Assembly: GCA_965153355.1 (NCBI GenBank)
Contig: OZ231126.1
Span: forward strand, 42,532,001 to 42,596,000
Reading direction: 5' to 3'
DNA from: Flaccisagitta enflata
Taxonomy: Eukaryota
DNA length: 64,000 nucleotides
The position numbers and the translations under genes are program-made. Shown in pieces: positions 14,267 through 26,735 of the stretch; within the stretch, counting starts at the first letter, position 1; the number at the start of each line of letters is the position of its first letter. A model generated the notes under the pieces. It worked only from the letters and a program-made list of their open reading frames with translations, was not told where the DNA came from and did no database searches.

Positions 14267-15254
14267 CACGCCCCTTCTTAACTGAGGTAACTTTTTAAAA
14301 ATTCCTCAGCATTGCCATCCATGCAGGGCTGTTATATACATGTTGACAAATGTAACCAGGCAAAAAACAAAAATTTCTGTTGGGATTTTTACGAGAAAAT
14401 GCCGTTAAATGCCGTAAAAAGCCGTAAAATTGCATTTTTAATCATTTTGTTGTGTTAATCTAGCTCGAAAACAACGGCTGTAGCTCAACAGTGTTGATCT
14501 AGCACAGTGACACATATGTGCAGAGACTGAAGTAAAGACGTCACCATTAGACATAATTTCATGCCGTAATTTGCCGTTAAAAATCCATTTTTGACCGTTT
14601 TTTCGGTATTAGCCCCTCACCAAGGTTGATAGTAACTCATGAAGTGCCAGAAAATAGGTATTAGGGCCTAGGACACTCACATTAATAAATTTCAAATTGT
14701 AGATCAGATAATTAGTCTCAATTAAATGCCGTAAAAGGTCGTAAATCACCGTAAAGATAGCATTTTTGGAATTTTTTGTGGCAAATTTGCTTTAAACACC
14801 ACTACACTCATCATATATTGTTTAGACTATGACGAAATAGCCCTAGAATGTATATATGAAAATACTCAGGTTAGCCCGTCCCTACTTGATATCATTTTTT
14901 GCTGAAAAAATGCCGTAAAATCCGCATTTTTCACCATTTTTCAAGATACCACAACATTTCTGTGAAAACCACTAGAAAGTGGATATTTAGGTCTGAGACT
15001 CACTTATGTTATAATTTCAAAGTATAGCATTGTGATTGAGTCTGATTAAAACGCCATTAAGGGCTGTAATATGATATATAATATGATGATCTTGACGATT
15101 TAGTGGGTACTGTTAGTCCAAAGCACTGCTCCTTTTGTCAGAAATTGATAAAACATTGATGAGGCACTGGGAACCATCCATGCAAAAACCTGAGTCAACA
15201 CGCTATCATTCTATACATTCATATGCCGTAAAATGCCATTAAAAAGGCATTTCG

Positions 15255-15341
<87 letters not shown>

Positions 15342-17659
15342 GCATGCGCGCGCATGCATTCTCAAACACGTACACGCAAATGCCAACATGCATACAAACG
15401 CATGTGCGTAGTGACATTTTAATTCTCTTTCAATCTGCCATAGATGAATACGCCATTTATAAGGACCACATTTTGCGGGTGCTTGATTTTTTGTACTTCT
15501 GTTTTCTCTGTTTTTATTATTTTTTTTTACGAATATGATCATTTCATTCATTTCATTTGCTAGTCAGAGAACAAAACTTCTAAAAATCCGTCATGAACTT
15601 GGAGTAAAACAAGGCTGGATACACGGCAATCCAGTCGCTGACAGTTGGGCAGGAGCAGTAATGCGAAAACCGCTTGGAATTTAAAAATGTGACAGACGGA
15701 CCGACCGAGGGACGGACCGACCTACCGACCAACATGGCAAGGTGTAGAGTCGCGTGTCCGCGACTAAAAATTCAAATAGAAAATGGAAAACATTTAAAAA
15801 AGCGCGTTGAGTAAATTGTTAATTAGGTCGATCTCACAAGGGACTGGCCACACAGATGGCGCGACATAAGGATGTGTGTCAGTACCATATTAGCATTATC
15901 ACGCGCATGGGTGTACGGGGAGGGACGTCAGGTTCGGCCGACGTCCCTGTTTGTCGGGCTTACACCCATGATGAAAAAGAAGGCAAAAAATGATAAAAAA
16001 TGTAAAAAAGCATACATGGGGAAGATTTGAAAAGAATGAACAAGTGATAAAGCCTGTTGGGCTTAAAACTCTGTCGGACTTGAAACTGGTTGCTGACAGC
16101 CCTTTGAGATTTCGCGCCATACACTTATGATCAAAGTCGCTGTTTTTGAATCAGTCAAATACGTTAGAACTTAGAACGGTCAAAAATGCCATTTTTATGG
16201 CATTTTACAGCATTTTAAAACCAAAAATGATACCTCATGATGACGGCTTTACTTGAATCTTGGTGTGAATATGTGTCAGTTCCATTTCAGCATTATCAGA
16301 CAAGAGTCGCTGTTTTTGAATCAGTTAAATCTGGTATAATGGTCCAAAACGCCATTTTTATGGCATGTTACAGCATTTCATGACCTACAATGATACCCTA
16401 TGATGACGGCTTTGCTTGATTCTTAGTGTGAATATGTGTTAGTTCCATTTCAGCATTATCAGACAAGAGTCGCTGTTTTTGAATTAGTTCAATTGGATGT
16501 AACGGTCCAAAATGCCATTTTTATGGCATTTTACAATATTTTACGGCATAAAATGATACCCTATGATGACGGCTTTACTTGAATGTTAGTGTGATATGTG
16601 TCAGTGCCATTTTAACATTATCTGACAATAGTATTTGTTTTTGAATCAGTTAAATCTGATATAACGGTCATAAATGCAATTTTTATGGCATTTTGAGGTA
16701 TTTTATGGCATTTTACGGCACAAAATGTTACTCTATGCTGACGTTTTTTCTTGAATCTCTGCGTGAATGTGTGTCAGTGCCATGTCAGCATTAACAGACC
16801 AGAGTCGCTGTTTTTGAATCAGTTAAATCTGATATAATGGTCCAAAACGCCATTTTTACGGCATTTTACAGCATTTTATGACATAAAATGATACCCTATG
16901 ATGACGGCTCTACTTGATTCTTAGTGTGAATATGTGTTAGTTCCATTTCAGCATTATCAGACAAGAGTCGCTGTTTTTTAATCAGTTCAATTGGATATAA
17001 CAGTCCAAAATGCCATTTTTACGGCATTTTACAGCATTTTACGACATAAAATGATACCCCATGATGACGGCTTTACTTGAATCTTTGTGTGAATCTGTGT
17101 CAGTGCTATTTCAGCATTATCTGACAATAGTAGCTGTTTTTGAATTAGTCAAATCTGATATAACGGTCAAAAATGCCATTTTTACGGCATTTTACGGCAT
17201 TTTACGGTATGAAATGATACTCCATGGCGACGGCTTTTTCTTGAATCTCTGCGTGAATGTGTGTCAGTGCCATGCCAGCATTAACAGACAAGAGTCGCTG
17301 TTTTTAAATCAGTTGAATCTGTTATAATGGTCAAAAACGCCATTTTTACGGCATTTTACGGCATAAAACGATACCCTATGGTCACGGCTTCACTTGAATC
17401 TTTGCGTGAATGTGTGTCAGTGCCATGTCAGCATTATCTGACAAGAGTCGCTGTTTCTAAATCAGTTAAATCTGATATAACGGTCAAAAATGCCATTTTT
17501 ACGGCTTTTTACGGCATTTAACGGCATTTTCTCGTAAAAATCCCAACAGAATTTTTTGTTTTTTGCATGGATACATTTGTCTACACATATATAACAGCCC
17601 TGCATGGGTGGCAATGCTGAGGAATTTTTAAAAAGTTACCTCAGTTAAGAAGGGGCGTG
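14267..17659. mobile_element. Non-autonomous Chapaev-like (CMC superfamily) DNA transposon, 3.4 kb
   Basis: Long TIRs (>130 bp) CACGCCCCTTCTTAACTGAGG...CCTCAGTTAAGAAGGGGCGTG; 4-bp TSD AGAT (14263-14266, 17660-17663) inside a 75-mer unit. CAC..GTG ends with a 4-bp TSD fit Chapaev. No transposase ORF. Confidence 0.75.
16135..17530 (+). repeat. ~165-bp subterminal tandem repeats inside the Chapaev-like element
   Basis: The motif agtcgctgtttttgaatcagt recurs at about 16135, 16303, 16466, 16801, 16964, 17291 and 17444, with degenerate units between; diverged inverted relatives lie at ~14400-15250. Confidence 0.85.
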
Positions 17660-18626
17660 AGATGGTGACAGTAGATGATGGAGAAAAGGAGGAAGGGGGA
17701 GGTGGAAGGATCAGATGATGATGGGAATGGAAAGATATGATGAAAGTGGAAGATTTGAGACCTGAGAGGGAAAGTTTGAGGGCAATTATGAGCCCTCAAA
17801 GGATAAGTTTGATTTTGGGCATGACAAGACTAGTTTTAGGCCTTAGAGGACAGAGTTTGGGCCTCAGAGAGCAATTTTTGGCCTGGGAGAGCTAATTTTG
17901 GACCTGAGAGGGCTAATTTGGGGCCTGAGAAAGCTTATTTGGGGTCTGAAAGGGGCTTGCGTAGTGTCGGGGGGGACTGACGTATGGACATATGGACATA
18001 TGGACGTAGGTCTGGAATTTCACCCCTGTGTCACCAGGTTATCGGCCTTCTGGGGATGCTGCCAAAAAGGCTGACCCAAGCATTTGGGCAGAAGTACAGT
18101 GCAAAAACCGCCTGTAAACGCTGAAAAAGCTAACAAACACGGACTGACCGACCAACCGACATACACAGCGGGCTATAGAGTCCCGTGCACGCCACTGTGG
18201 CAATGATCTAACCTTCATAATCCCCAACCCTAAGATCGCAGCCACTGACTAAAGTCCTACAGGAATTCGTTAAAACGGATCCCCTCAAAGAATGATACAA
18301 TGTAAAACGAAGAAGCGTTAGAATTCGCATGTTGAAGCTCTTGAAATTTTGAATCATTTTACAAAGGCGTATTATGCGGTTTGAGCATAAATGCAAGGAA
18401 AAATATAGCAAGGGTTCCCTAGCTTTTTTTATCTCGGTAATACAGGAAACGGAAGTAGCATAATGTTAGATCCAGGTATCCTAATTTTTCTCTCTGGGAC
18501 GTCTTTTCCGGTAAAAACAAAAACTTTATGTAATAAAATGCGGACAACAATATGCAAATGAGATAAAAGAAGATCTGGAAATCACTTCCATGGATTCCTT
18601 TGCAAACAAAAGAACAATGTTTTCTT

Positions 18627-18981
<355 letters not shown>

Positions 18982-19240
18982 GTGAAAGTTGTTTGAGATT
19001 GAATTTTTGCTAGAAATAGAAAAAATGGGGGAGGGGGAAGGAGGAAGAGGCGCTGCTCACGGTCGGCGACCCTTAAGGGGAGTTGAAATATGAATTGGGA
19101 AATCCCGTTGAATTGAGAGTCTGAAAAATCTCGTGGGATTAAGTGAAGGATATGCGGAGAGAGAGAGAGAGAGAGAGAGGAATGAAAGTGGTATAGACCA
19201 GCCATGCGAGAACGAAAATGAAACACTCCCACTCCATTTC

Positions 19241-19353
<113 letters not shown>

Positions 19354-19507
19354 AATTAAAGACTGCAAATGGATCCATTAAGACTTTAAGTTTAATTTTG
19401 TGACAGACTCGATGTGTCACTTGCATTGAGAATCATCATGCAATAGAATTCAGGGATCGGTCACCGACCTCTTTGTATTAGGCATGACATCGCCAGTGAG
19501 TTTAATA

Positions 19508-19765
19508 ATAAGGCCGGATACACGGCTACCCCAGTCGTGTGCGGGTGAGCAGGGGCTGTATTTTAGATAAGTGGAGCATATGTGCAGGAGCAGTAAGGCC
19601 GAAAATTCGAAAACCCCATAAACGCCGAAAAAGTATAGTGTGACGGACGGACTGACTGACTGATGGACTGACAGACCGACGGACGGACTGACAGACCGAC
19701 GGACGGACGGACGGATGGACGGACCGACAAAGCAGGGTGTAGAGTCGCCTAGCACGCGACTAAAA
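19508..19765 (-). mobile_element. HINE-like family 1 copy (homolog ~36990-37245, +)
   Basis: TAGTCGCGTGCTAGGCGACT 5' palindrome, (GTCY)n, 3' GCACACGACT and terminal stem-loop GCCGTGTATCCGGC. Confidence 0.72.
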
Positions 19766-20246
19766 TCATAGAGAATAATTGTCGCAACAGCGTCTTATGT
19801 TCAACGGTATTCGTTGCCCCTCAGTCAGAGTGTGTGGAGACATTGTGATGAGGCAGGCAGCAGCCTATAAGAAGCAAATGATTTATTCTAGACATGGACT
19901 TGTGCCACAAGGCTGAAATTTAAGCCTCGATGCTGGGATTGGAGCCATGAGGATAGGATCTGAACCTTGGGACTGACATTTTAACCTTACTACCTAGCAG
20001 AGGTGTAACGAACTAATCGCCTGGTAGATTAATCGGGTCGATTTTTTGCGTTTCTGAACAATCTTCCTGAGTCACCAAAACAAAAAAAAATCGGGTCGAT
20101 TTTTTGTCCTTTTAAGTTGCATGCTACGCGACTCTATAAGCCACTTTTTGGTCCCTTTCTGTCTGTCTGTCCATCACAACATCATTGTGTTTTTTTATGT
20201 CTCTGAACAGTAGAAGTGGAAGAGCAAACACAGCCATTTCAATTTA

Positions 20247-20610
20247 AACAAGGCCAACACCTATAAGTCGCGTGCGAGACATAAATAATTTAAGATGACT
20301 TTTATTGACTCAAGATGACTTAAAATGACTCAAGACAACTTTAAATGACTTAAAAAGACCTAAAATGACTGAAATGACTACTTTGACCTATTTGACTTAA
20401 GTGACTTAAAATAACTTAAAATAACTTAGAATGACTTAGAATGACTTAGAATGACTTAGAATGACTTAGAATGACTTAAAATGACTTAGAATGACTAGAA
20501 ATAAGTTAAAGTATAATAAAAAAGTAAAGTGTGACGGACCGACGGACGGACCGACGGACCGACGAACGGACAAAGCGGGTTGTAGAGTCGCGTGCACGCG
20601 ACTAAAAAAA
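20247..20610 (-). mobile_element. HINE-like family 1 copy with 10-bp tandem array
   Basis: aacaaggccaacacctataagtcgcgtgc ... (aatgacttag)n ... agagtcgcgtgcacgcgactaaaaa. Confidence 0.72.
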
Positions 20611-21424
20611 AAATTGTTTGTCTCTCAGTCTGTCTGTCTGATTTTTTTTTAAATTGCCATTGCAAGCGACTTAGGTCTAGTGACCTCGTTTTTCTCTGCT
20701 AGCATAGATTCGATTTGACGATGAGACTGATTTAGATATGAGTTAGAAGTAAGAAATGGAAAATTGTTGATGAAATGCATTGCACAACTGCGAAAATGTA
20801 CGTAGATACTTGCAAAACCCACATTCTAAAACAAAATTCAACTTCAAAAGCTTGCTTACAATCTGACGCGAATTGAAAAAAAGACGCAATTTTGAAAGGC
20901 TGATTATGCCATCGAAACTCATGAAAACCATATTTGAATTCTAGGTTGTTAAAAGGCTCCTGGGAAAATACTTTTATTTAGCACCAATCTGGTATTTCTT
21001 TTTTCGTTTGGAAATGGCATTAGTTTGAGTAACTACTTTGCTTATTTCATTTTTGCAGTTGCATAGAAAAATATGCATTTTAGCAAAATGGTCTTTCACT
21101 TTGACTGACTCTAGCTTGTAAACGGTTAAAGATAAAGACCTGCGATTGGTCTAGATTGACAGAGTTTTTTGAAAATCTTCAAAATCACTTTGTCTAATAA
21201 ATATTTGTGGAGCTTATTGAACCGTTATTTTTTTGACAAACACAAAGGAGCGTCTTTTTTTTCAAATTCACGTAGTAAATGAAAAACGCAGTTGTCTCTA
21301 CTGTTAAGTTGGCTCTTACTTCTTTTTTCATATTAATGAATGACTAAACCGTGGATTACTTATCTTGTGACATTGAGTGGCTTCTAGAACATGTTGCTGT
21401 GACTACAAATGATATTTTTACTTA

Positions 21425-21997
21425 CGGATGCAGTCAACCTCTGAAACAATTTTAAGACCCTCTACACTGTTTTTTTTAATTTCTGATAGAAATTTATAAA
21501 AAAACCTTAGCAACCAAGCTTAAGTGTACCTCAATATGTCCTATTTTCAGTGAAACATGAATTTTGAGTCACTTCCCCTCACTAGTGGTATGCCAGCATA
21601 TGATAGTAAATGTTTAAGAAAAGCGCTTTCTCTCATAAATTTGATGGAAAAAGGGTAGGAGTGTCCATCAATGCTTCTTTCTTGATTTTTTTAGTTGTAT
21701 CACACATAAATGATGATCCACAGAAAAAATTTCAAAAATCATTGCAGTTGAAGACCTCAAGTCCTTTAAAAATTGGGGAAACATCGTTTTTTATATGTTT
21801 TTTACATTATCAAAGTCCTTTAAGAATGAGGGCTTGAAACGAGACAAATGCATGAACTCATGAGTCAAATCATAGCTGTGGCGCTGTAGACTTATATCCA
21901 CTTTGATGGGTCGAACAAATCTAGACAAAAGACGCAGAATTTCTCTCTAAATGTTAAGTAGTCAAGGCGCGCAGAAAACGCCTATTTACTGCACTCT
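21425..21997. mobile_element. ~575-bp TTAA-flanked MITE (Kolobok-like), near-identical second copy at 22335-22947
   Basis: Ends TTAA|AGGATGCAGTCAA (intact in the second copy) and TTTACTGCACTCT|TTAA are imperfect inverted repeats; the second copy has a ~39-bp duplicated start. Confidence 0.5.
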
Positions 21998-23361
21998 TTA
22001 AACAGGGGGTCCTCTATCACAAGTTGTTGGAAAATTGATTTTTCTTCATCTAAGTTGTAGGAAATCAAAGTAAAACAAGTTTTTTTCTGCATATTTTGGT
22101 TTGTTTTCTAATATTAGATTGATATTGGGTATTTTTTGTGAGAAAAATCAAAGTTAAAAAATTTTCAAATTGGTCAAAAATAGAATATTTCATGTTTTTT
22201 CATCTTTCTATGATCAAATGTCTGTGTCAGAGGGCCCAACAATTTCATTTTAGTCTTTTTTCAGCTTGACCTATTGTCTAATGTGAAATATTTCATGAAA
22301 AAAACATTTTTGAATAATCGTCTTTTCCCTTTAAAGGATGCAGTCAACCTCTGAAACAATTTTAAGACCCTAAAGGATGCAGTCAACCTCTGAAACAATT
22401 TTAAGACCCTCTACACTGTTTTTTTTTAATTTCTGATAGAAATTTATAAAAAAACCTTAGCAACCAAGCTTAAGTGTACCTCAATATGTCCTATTTTCAG
22501 TGAAACATGAATTTTGAGTCACTTCCCCTCACTAGTGGTATGCCAGCATATGAAAGTAAATGTTTAAGAAAAGCGCTTTCTCTCATAAATTTGATGGAAA
22601 AAGGGTAGGAGTGTCCATCAATGCTTCTTTCTTGATTTTTTTAGTTGTATCACACATAAATGATGATCCACAGAAAAAATTTCAAAAATCATTGCAGTTG
22701 AAGACCTCAAGTCCTTTAAAAATCGGGGAAACATTGTTTTTTATATGTTTTTTACATTATCAAAGTCCTTTAAGAATGAGGGCTTGAAACGAGACAAATG
22801 CATGAACTCATGAGTCAAATCATAGCTGTGGCGCTGTCGACTTATATCCACTTTGATGGGTCGAACAAATCTAGACAAAAGTCGCAGAATTTCTCTCTAA
22901 ATGTTAAGTAGTCAAGGCGCGCAGAAAACGCCTATTTACTGCACTCTTACTTAAAAGGGCTAACTGGCAAAACAAACGACCCATGGTCGATTTTTGGTCG
23001 ATTTTTTAGGGGGGTTTGACCATGATTCATTCGACCTGGTCGATTTTTAAAATCAATAGTTCGTGACACCTATGCTACCTAGGAAATGTTTATAGCACCA
23101 AGTTAAACCTTCCATAACTTGCCTTAGTCTTAATGAATTTAGCTTTTTAAAAAAACCAAAAATGATCTCCAAGAAATTATCTTTCGATCTAGACCAAGCA
23201 GAACCTTCCAGCTCAATTTGTACAAAAGTTACAATAAACAAGGCCGGATACACGGCTACCGAAGTTGCGTGCGGGTTGGCAGGGGCCATATTTGAGGTCA
23301 CCAGACCATTTGAGCAGGAGCAGTGAGGTCAAAGAAATAAAATCATAAAAAAGTCAAAGTG

Positions 23362-23903
23362 TGTTACAGGTAGAATATTGTGTGGAGGCGACAACGGATA
23401 TCGGTAGATGGACGATGGCGCTATTTAATGGATCTATGGACGATTAGAATCATGGATGAAGATTGAAGTTATATATGAGTTATATTTCGATTGCGTTTAA
23501 GTCGTATATGAGTCTTGATCCATATTGTTATTGATATTTATATAAACGATCGATTCTTATACTATTGCTTGTGCGCATAACATTTGTTATATTTCTCTTT
23601 CTCCCTTTAGATATTAGATATATGCCTGAGGCTTTAATGATAGTGTTTTGGGTCGTCTATTGGAATCGTGGTACACTACTTGTTGCTTCTTGATTTCCAG
23701 AGCCATAATACATATACATAGTGCCAGTTGTTGATGAATGCTTACGTGGAACTATCGGAGACACGTTGTGTAAAGACTTGATGAGATACTATCTGACTTT
23801 CATAGTCGTGTGATAACAAGCGTCAGTGGACGGACGCATACTGGCCTTTGCACTCACTCGATATGTCGACGCTCTGAAGGTAAGGGGAAAATATCCTCTT
23901 ACA
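23362..23903 (+). mobile_element. 5' LTR of an LTR retrotransposon (left arm), inserted in a HINE copy
   Basis: Starts TGTTACA where the HINE is interrupted, ends TTACA, and is followed after 2 nt by a TGG-initial PBS; TATATAAA at 23539. Confidence 0.72.
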
Positions 23904-23905
23904 AT

Positions 23906-23918
23906 TGGTGCATCGTCC
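23906..23918 (+). promoter_or_regulatory. Primer-binding site, tRNA-Gly(GCC)-like
   Basis: TGGTGCATCGTCC matches 12/13 to the complement of an invertebrate tRNA-Gly-GCC 3' end (...GGCCGATGCACCA, recalled from memory, not searched). Confidence 0.65.
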
Positions 23919-24570
23919 TATCGAACCATATTACACACTGAGACCACCTCCCGAATGAGAGCCCCCTGGAGGCATTTTGCTACTTCGCTGTATTAGGGCA
24001 TCTGTGGCGTTCAGCCATTAACCGTCGACGACCAGCACTACCGACGCCGTCGGGACCCGCTGGTGTAGGTTCAACGCGCTGTTGTCTGGCGCGCAGATTG
24101 CAACTCCCGGCTTGCAAGTGCCTGGGAGTTCCCGTTCAACAATCCTTCTCTTGGTGCCGCGCGTTGCCTTGCGGTGGCTTGGATACGTGCATCGTGGCAG
24201 GGCACCCAGTCTACGACATTGTCTCTGCCAGTGAACCAAGACTGTCTATCTTTAAACCCAGCTGGTACATTTTCTTCTTACTTGCAAAAAGGCAGACTTT
24301 CAGCACTGAAACAGTCATCTGGATAACGTCTCTAACCTGCAGACGTGAGGTAGTTGGCGAGCGGAGCTGCAGAAGTGCAGAAGAAAGCCTTTTCTTCACA
24401 TTCTTTGGTTGCAGTGTGTTATTGGGGGTGGTTGTTAAAGCCTCAGAAGGGGCGCGTCCAGGCCATTTTGCTTTTCAGTGAAGATTTTAGCTTCCATATC
24501 ATGTACATAGTGTCGATACAACAACAACAGTGTTTTTCATCCTTTTGAAACTTCTCCTTGGAAACGATAA

Positions 24571-25231
24571 ATGGAATATAATCCTTTCGAACGGCGACGC
24601 CATTTTCCATCGCGTGGACGTGCGCCGACACGTGCCACTGCGGACAGCGAACTTACAATTAGCGCCTCGCACACCGAGTCGTGCATAAGGGACACATACA
24701 GGAGCCCCAGCCCTGCTGTGTCCGAAAGTGAACTTGGCGCTGCAGGTGGTGCGCCGGCGAACACATCAAGCCAAACGCCGGTTAACACAAGCACGAGTGG
24801 ATCGGAAGTCCACCATCATCATCATCACCACCACCATCACTATCATCACTACGGCGACTTCGCCGGAAACGACAGACCAAGGAAACGACAGACCAAGGTC
24901 GTGTTCGAGGGAGCGCCCTTACAACAGACCGTACCAGCTGCCAAGCAGGACAAACCGCGGAGTAGACGGTCTGCCCTCCTACGAAGAGGCGGTCTTGGAG
25001 AACAATACTTACGTGAGACACAACCGTCCGCAGCCGCGGGTTGAAAACGAGGACCGCACCTGGGAGTACGCTCCGCGAGCAGCAAGGAGAATCAGCCCAA
25101 TTGCCCGCCCTCCCTACAGAGATAGCGAACGATCAGTAGAAAGAAACGACGGAGGCTTTGGACGCGGCAGAAGAATCAGTTCCCCGCGTGCAGGTTCCCC
25201 GCGTGCAGGTTGGCGCCGTGTCCGTCAGGGG
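24571..25231 (+). pseudogene. Frameshifted copy of the retrotransposon first ORF (putative gag N-terminus)
   Basis: Same protein as the right-arm ORF, but a 16-bp tandem duplication (ggaaacgacagaccaa x2, ~24865-24896) shifts the frame. Confidence 0.55.
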
Positions 25232-26053
25232 CCGTTCAGGCGAGCGGGGCTCCTCGGGTGAATGCTGCGGCGTCCTCCACTGGCGCCTGGGCCTGGGCCT
25301 GGCGTTGGGGTTGAATGTGAAACCCAACCGACTGTCTGGCGACTCTTCCCTCGAACCTGGTCTTGCCTGACTCGCACTTGTTGTTGCCCCCTGACGGACA
25401 CGGCGCCAACCGGTACGCGGGGAACCTGCACGTGGGGAACTGATTCTTCTGCCGCGTCCAAAGCCTCCGTCTCCGTCGTTTCTTTCTACTGATCGTTCGC
25501 TAACTGATCGTTCGCTATCTCTGTAGGGAGGGCGGGCAATTGGGCTGATTCTCCTTGCTGCTCGCGGAGCGTACTCCCAGGTGCGGTCCTCGTTTTCAAC
25601 CCGTGGCTGCGGACGGTTGTGTCTCACGTAAGTATTGTTCTCCAAGACCGCCTCTTCGTAGGAGGGCAGACCGTCTACTCCGCGGTTTGTCCTGCTTGGC
25701 AGCTGGTATGGTCTGTTGTAAGGACGTTCCCTCGAACACGACCTTGGTCTGTCGTTTCCGGCGAAGTCGCCGTAGTGATGATAGTGATGGTGGTGGTGAT
25801 GATGATGATGGTGGACTTCCGATCCACTCGTGCTCGTGTTAACCGGCGTTTGGCTTGATGTGTTCACCGGCGCACCACCTGCAGCGCCAAGTTCACTTTC
25901 GGACACAGCAGGGCTGGGGCTCCTGTATGTGTCCCTTATGCACGACTCGGTGTGCGAGGCGCTAATTGTAAGTTCGCTGTCCGCAGTGGCACGTGTCGGC
26001 GCACGTCCACGCGATGGAAAATGGCGTCGCCGTTCGAAAGGATTATATTCCAT
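25133..26053 (-). CDS. Truncated first ORF of the LTR element (putative gag N-terminus; disordered, poly-His, Arg/Ser/Pro-rich, LPSYEEA motif); last ~30 aa read into the opposite arm
   Basis: 306-aa ORF downstream of the LTR and PBS, open through the spacer. No recognisable capsid or zinc-knuckle domain, so the product is inferred from position only. Confidence 0.45.
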   Translation of the reverse strand: MEYNPFERRRHFPSRGRAPTRATADSELTISASHTESCIRDTYRSPSPAVSESELGAAGGAPVNTSSQTPVNTSTSGSEVHHHHHHHHHHYHHYGDFAGNDRPRSCSRERPYNRPYQLPSRTNRGVDGLPSYEEAVLENNTYVRHNRPQPRVENEDRTWEYAPRAARRISPIARPPYRDSERSVSERSVERNDGDGGFGRGRRISSPRAGSPRTGWRRVRQGATTSASQARPGSREESPDSRLGFTFNPNARPRPRRQWRTPQHSPEEPRSPERPLTDTAPTCTRGTCTRGTDSSAASKASVVSFY

Positions 26054-26720
26054 TTATCGTTTCCAAGGAGAAGTTTCAAAAGGATGAAAAACACTGTTGT
26101 TGTTGTATCGACACTATGTACATGATATGGAAGCTAAAATCTTCACTGAAAAGCAAAATGGCCTGGAGGCGCCCCTTCTGAGGCTTTAACAACCACCCCC
26201 AACAACACACTGCAACCAAAGAATGTGAAGAAAAGGCTTTCTTCTGCACTTCTGCAGCTCCGCTCGCCAACTACCTCACGTCTGCAGGTTAGAGACGTTA
26301 TCCAGATGACTGTTTCAGTGCTGAAAGTCTGCCTTTTTGCAAGTAAGAAGAAAATGTACCAGCTGGGTTTAAAGATAGACAGTCTTGGTTCACTGGCAGA
26401 GACAATGTCGTAGACTGGGTGCCCTGCCACGATGCACGTATCCAAGCCAGCGCAAGGCAACGCGCCGCAAGGCAACGCGCGGCACCAAGAGAAGGATTGT
26501 TGAACGGGAACTCCCAGGCACTTGCAAGCCGGGAGTTGCAATCTGCGCGCCAGACAACAGCGCGTTGAACCTACACCAGCGGGTCCCGACGGCGTCGGTA
26601 GTGCTGGTCGTCGACGGTTAATGGCTGAACGCCACAGATGCCCTAATACAGCGAAGTAGCAAAATGCCTCCAGGGGGCTCTCATTCGGGAGGTGGTCTCA
26701 GTGTGTAATATGGTTCGATA

Positions 26721-26733
26721 GGACGATGCACCA
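26721..26733 (-). promoter_or_regulatory. Primer-binding site (right arm)
   Basis: ggacgatgcacca is the reverse complement of the left PBS. Confidence 0.65.
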
Positions 26734-26735
26734 AT

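Larger units (their letters stand above)
19998..23074. mobile_element. Non-autonomous hAT-like DNA transposon (3.1 kb) with nested elements
   Basis: TIRs CAGAGGTGTAACGAACTA and TAGTTCGTGACACCTATG; perfect 8-bp TSD CTACCTAG (19990-19997, 23075-23082); GGTCGATTTTT subterminal motifs; empty site in copy B at 36758-36765. Confidence 0.88.

Noticed and set aside
8122-14269. Long His/Pro/Ser/Phe ORFs (up to 549 aa) on the minus strand
   Set aside because: They translate the 75-bp minisatellite; the pyrimidine-rich strand lacks stops in several frames.
16135-17530. Regularly spaced repeats resembling a CRISPR array
   Set aside because: Whole units are homologous with no unique spacers, the context is eukaryotic, and there are no cas genes.
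21610-22787. Duplicated 75-aa ORF MFKKSAF...
   Set aside because: It lies inside a duplicated MITE and has no recognisable domain; the identity reflects recent duplication.
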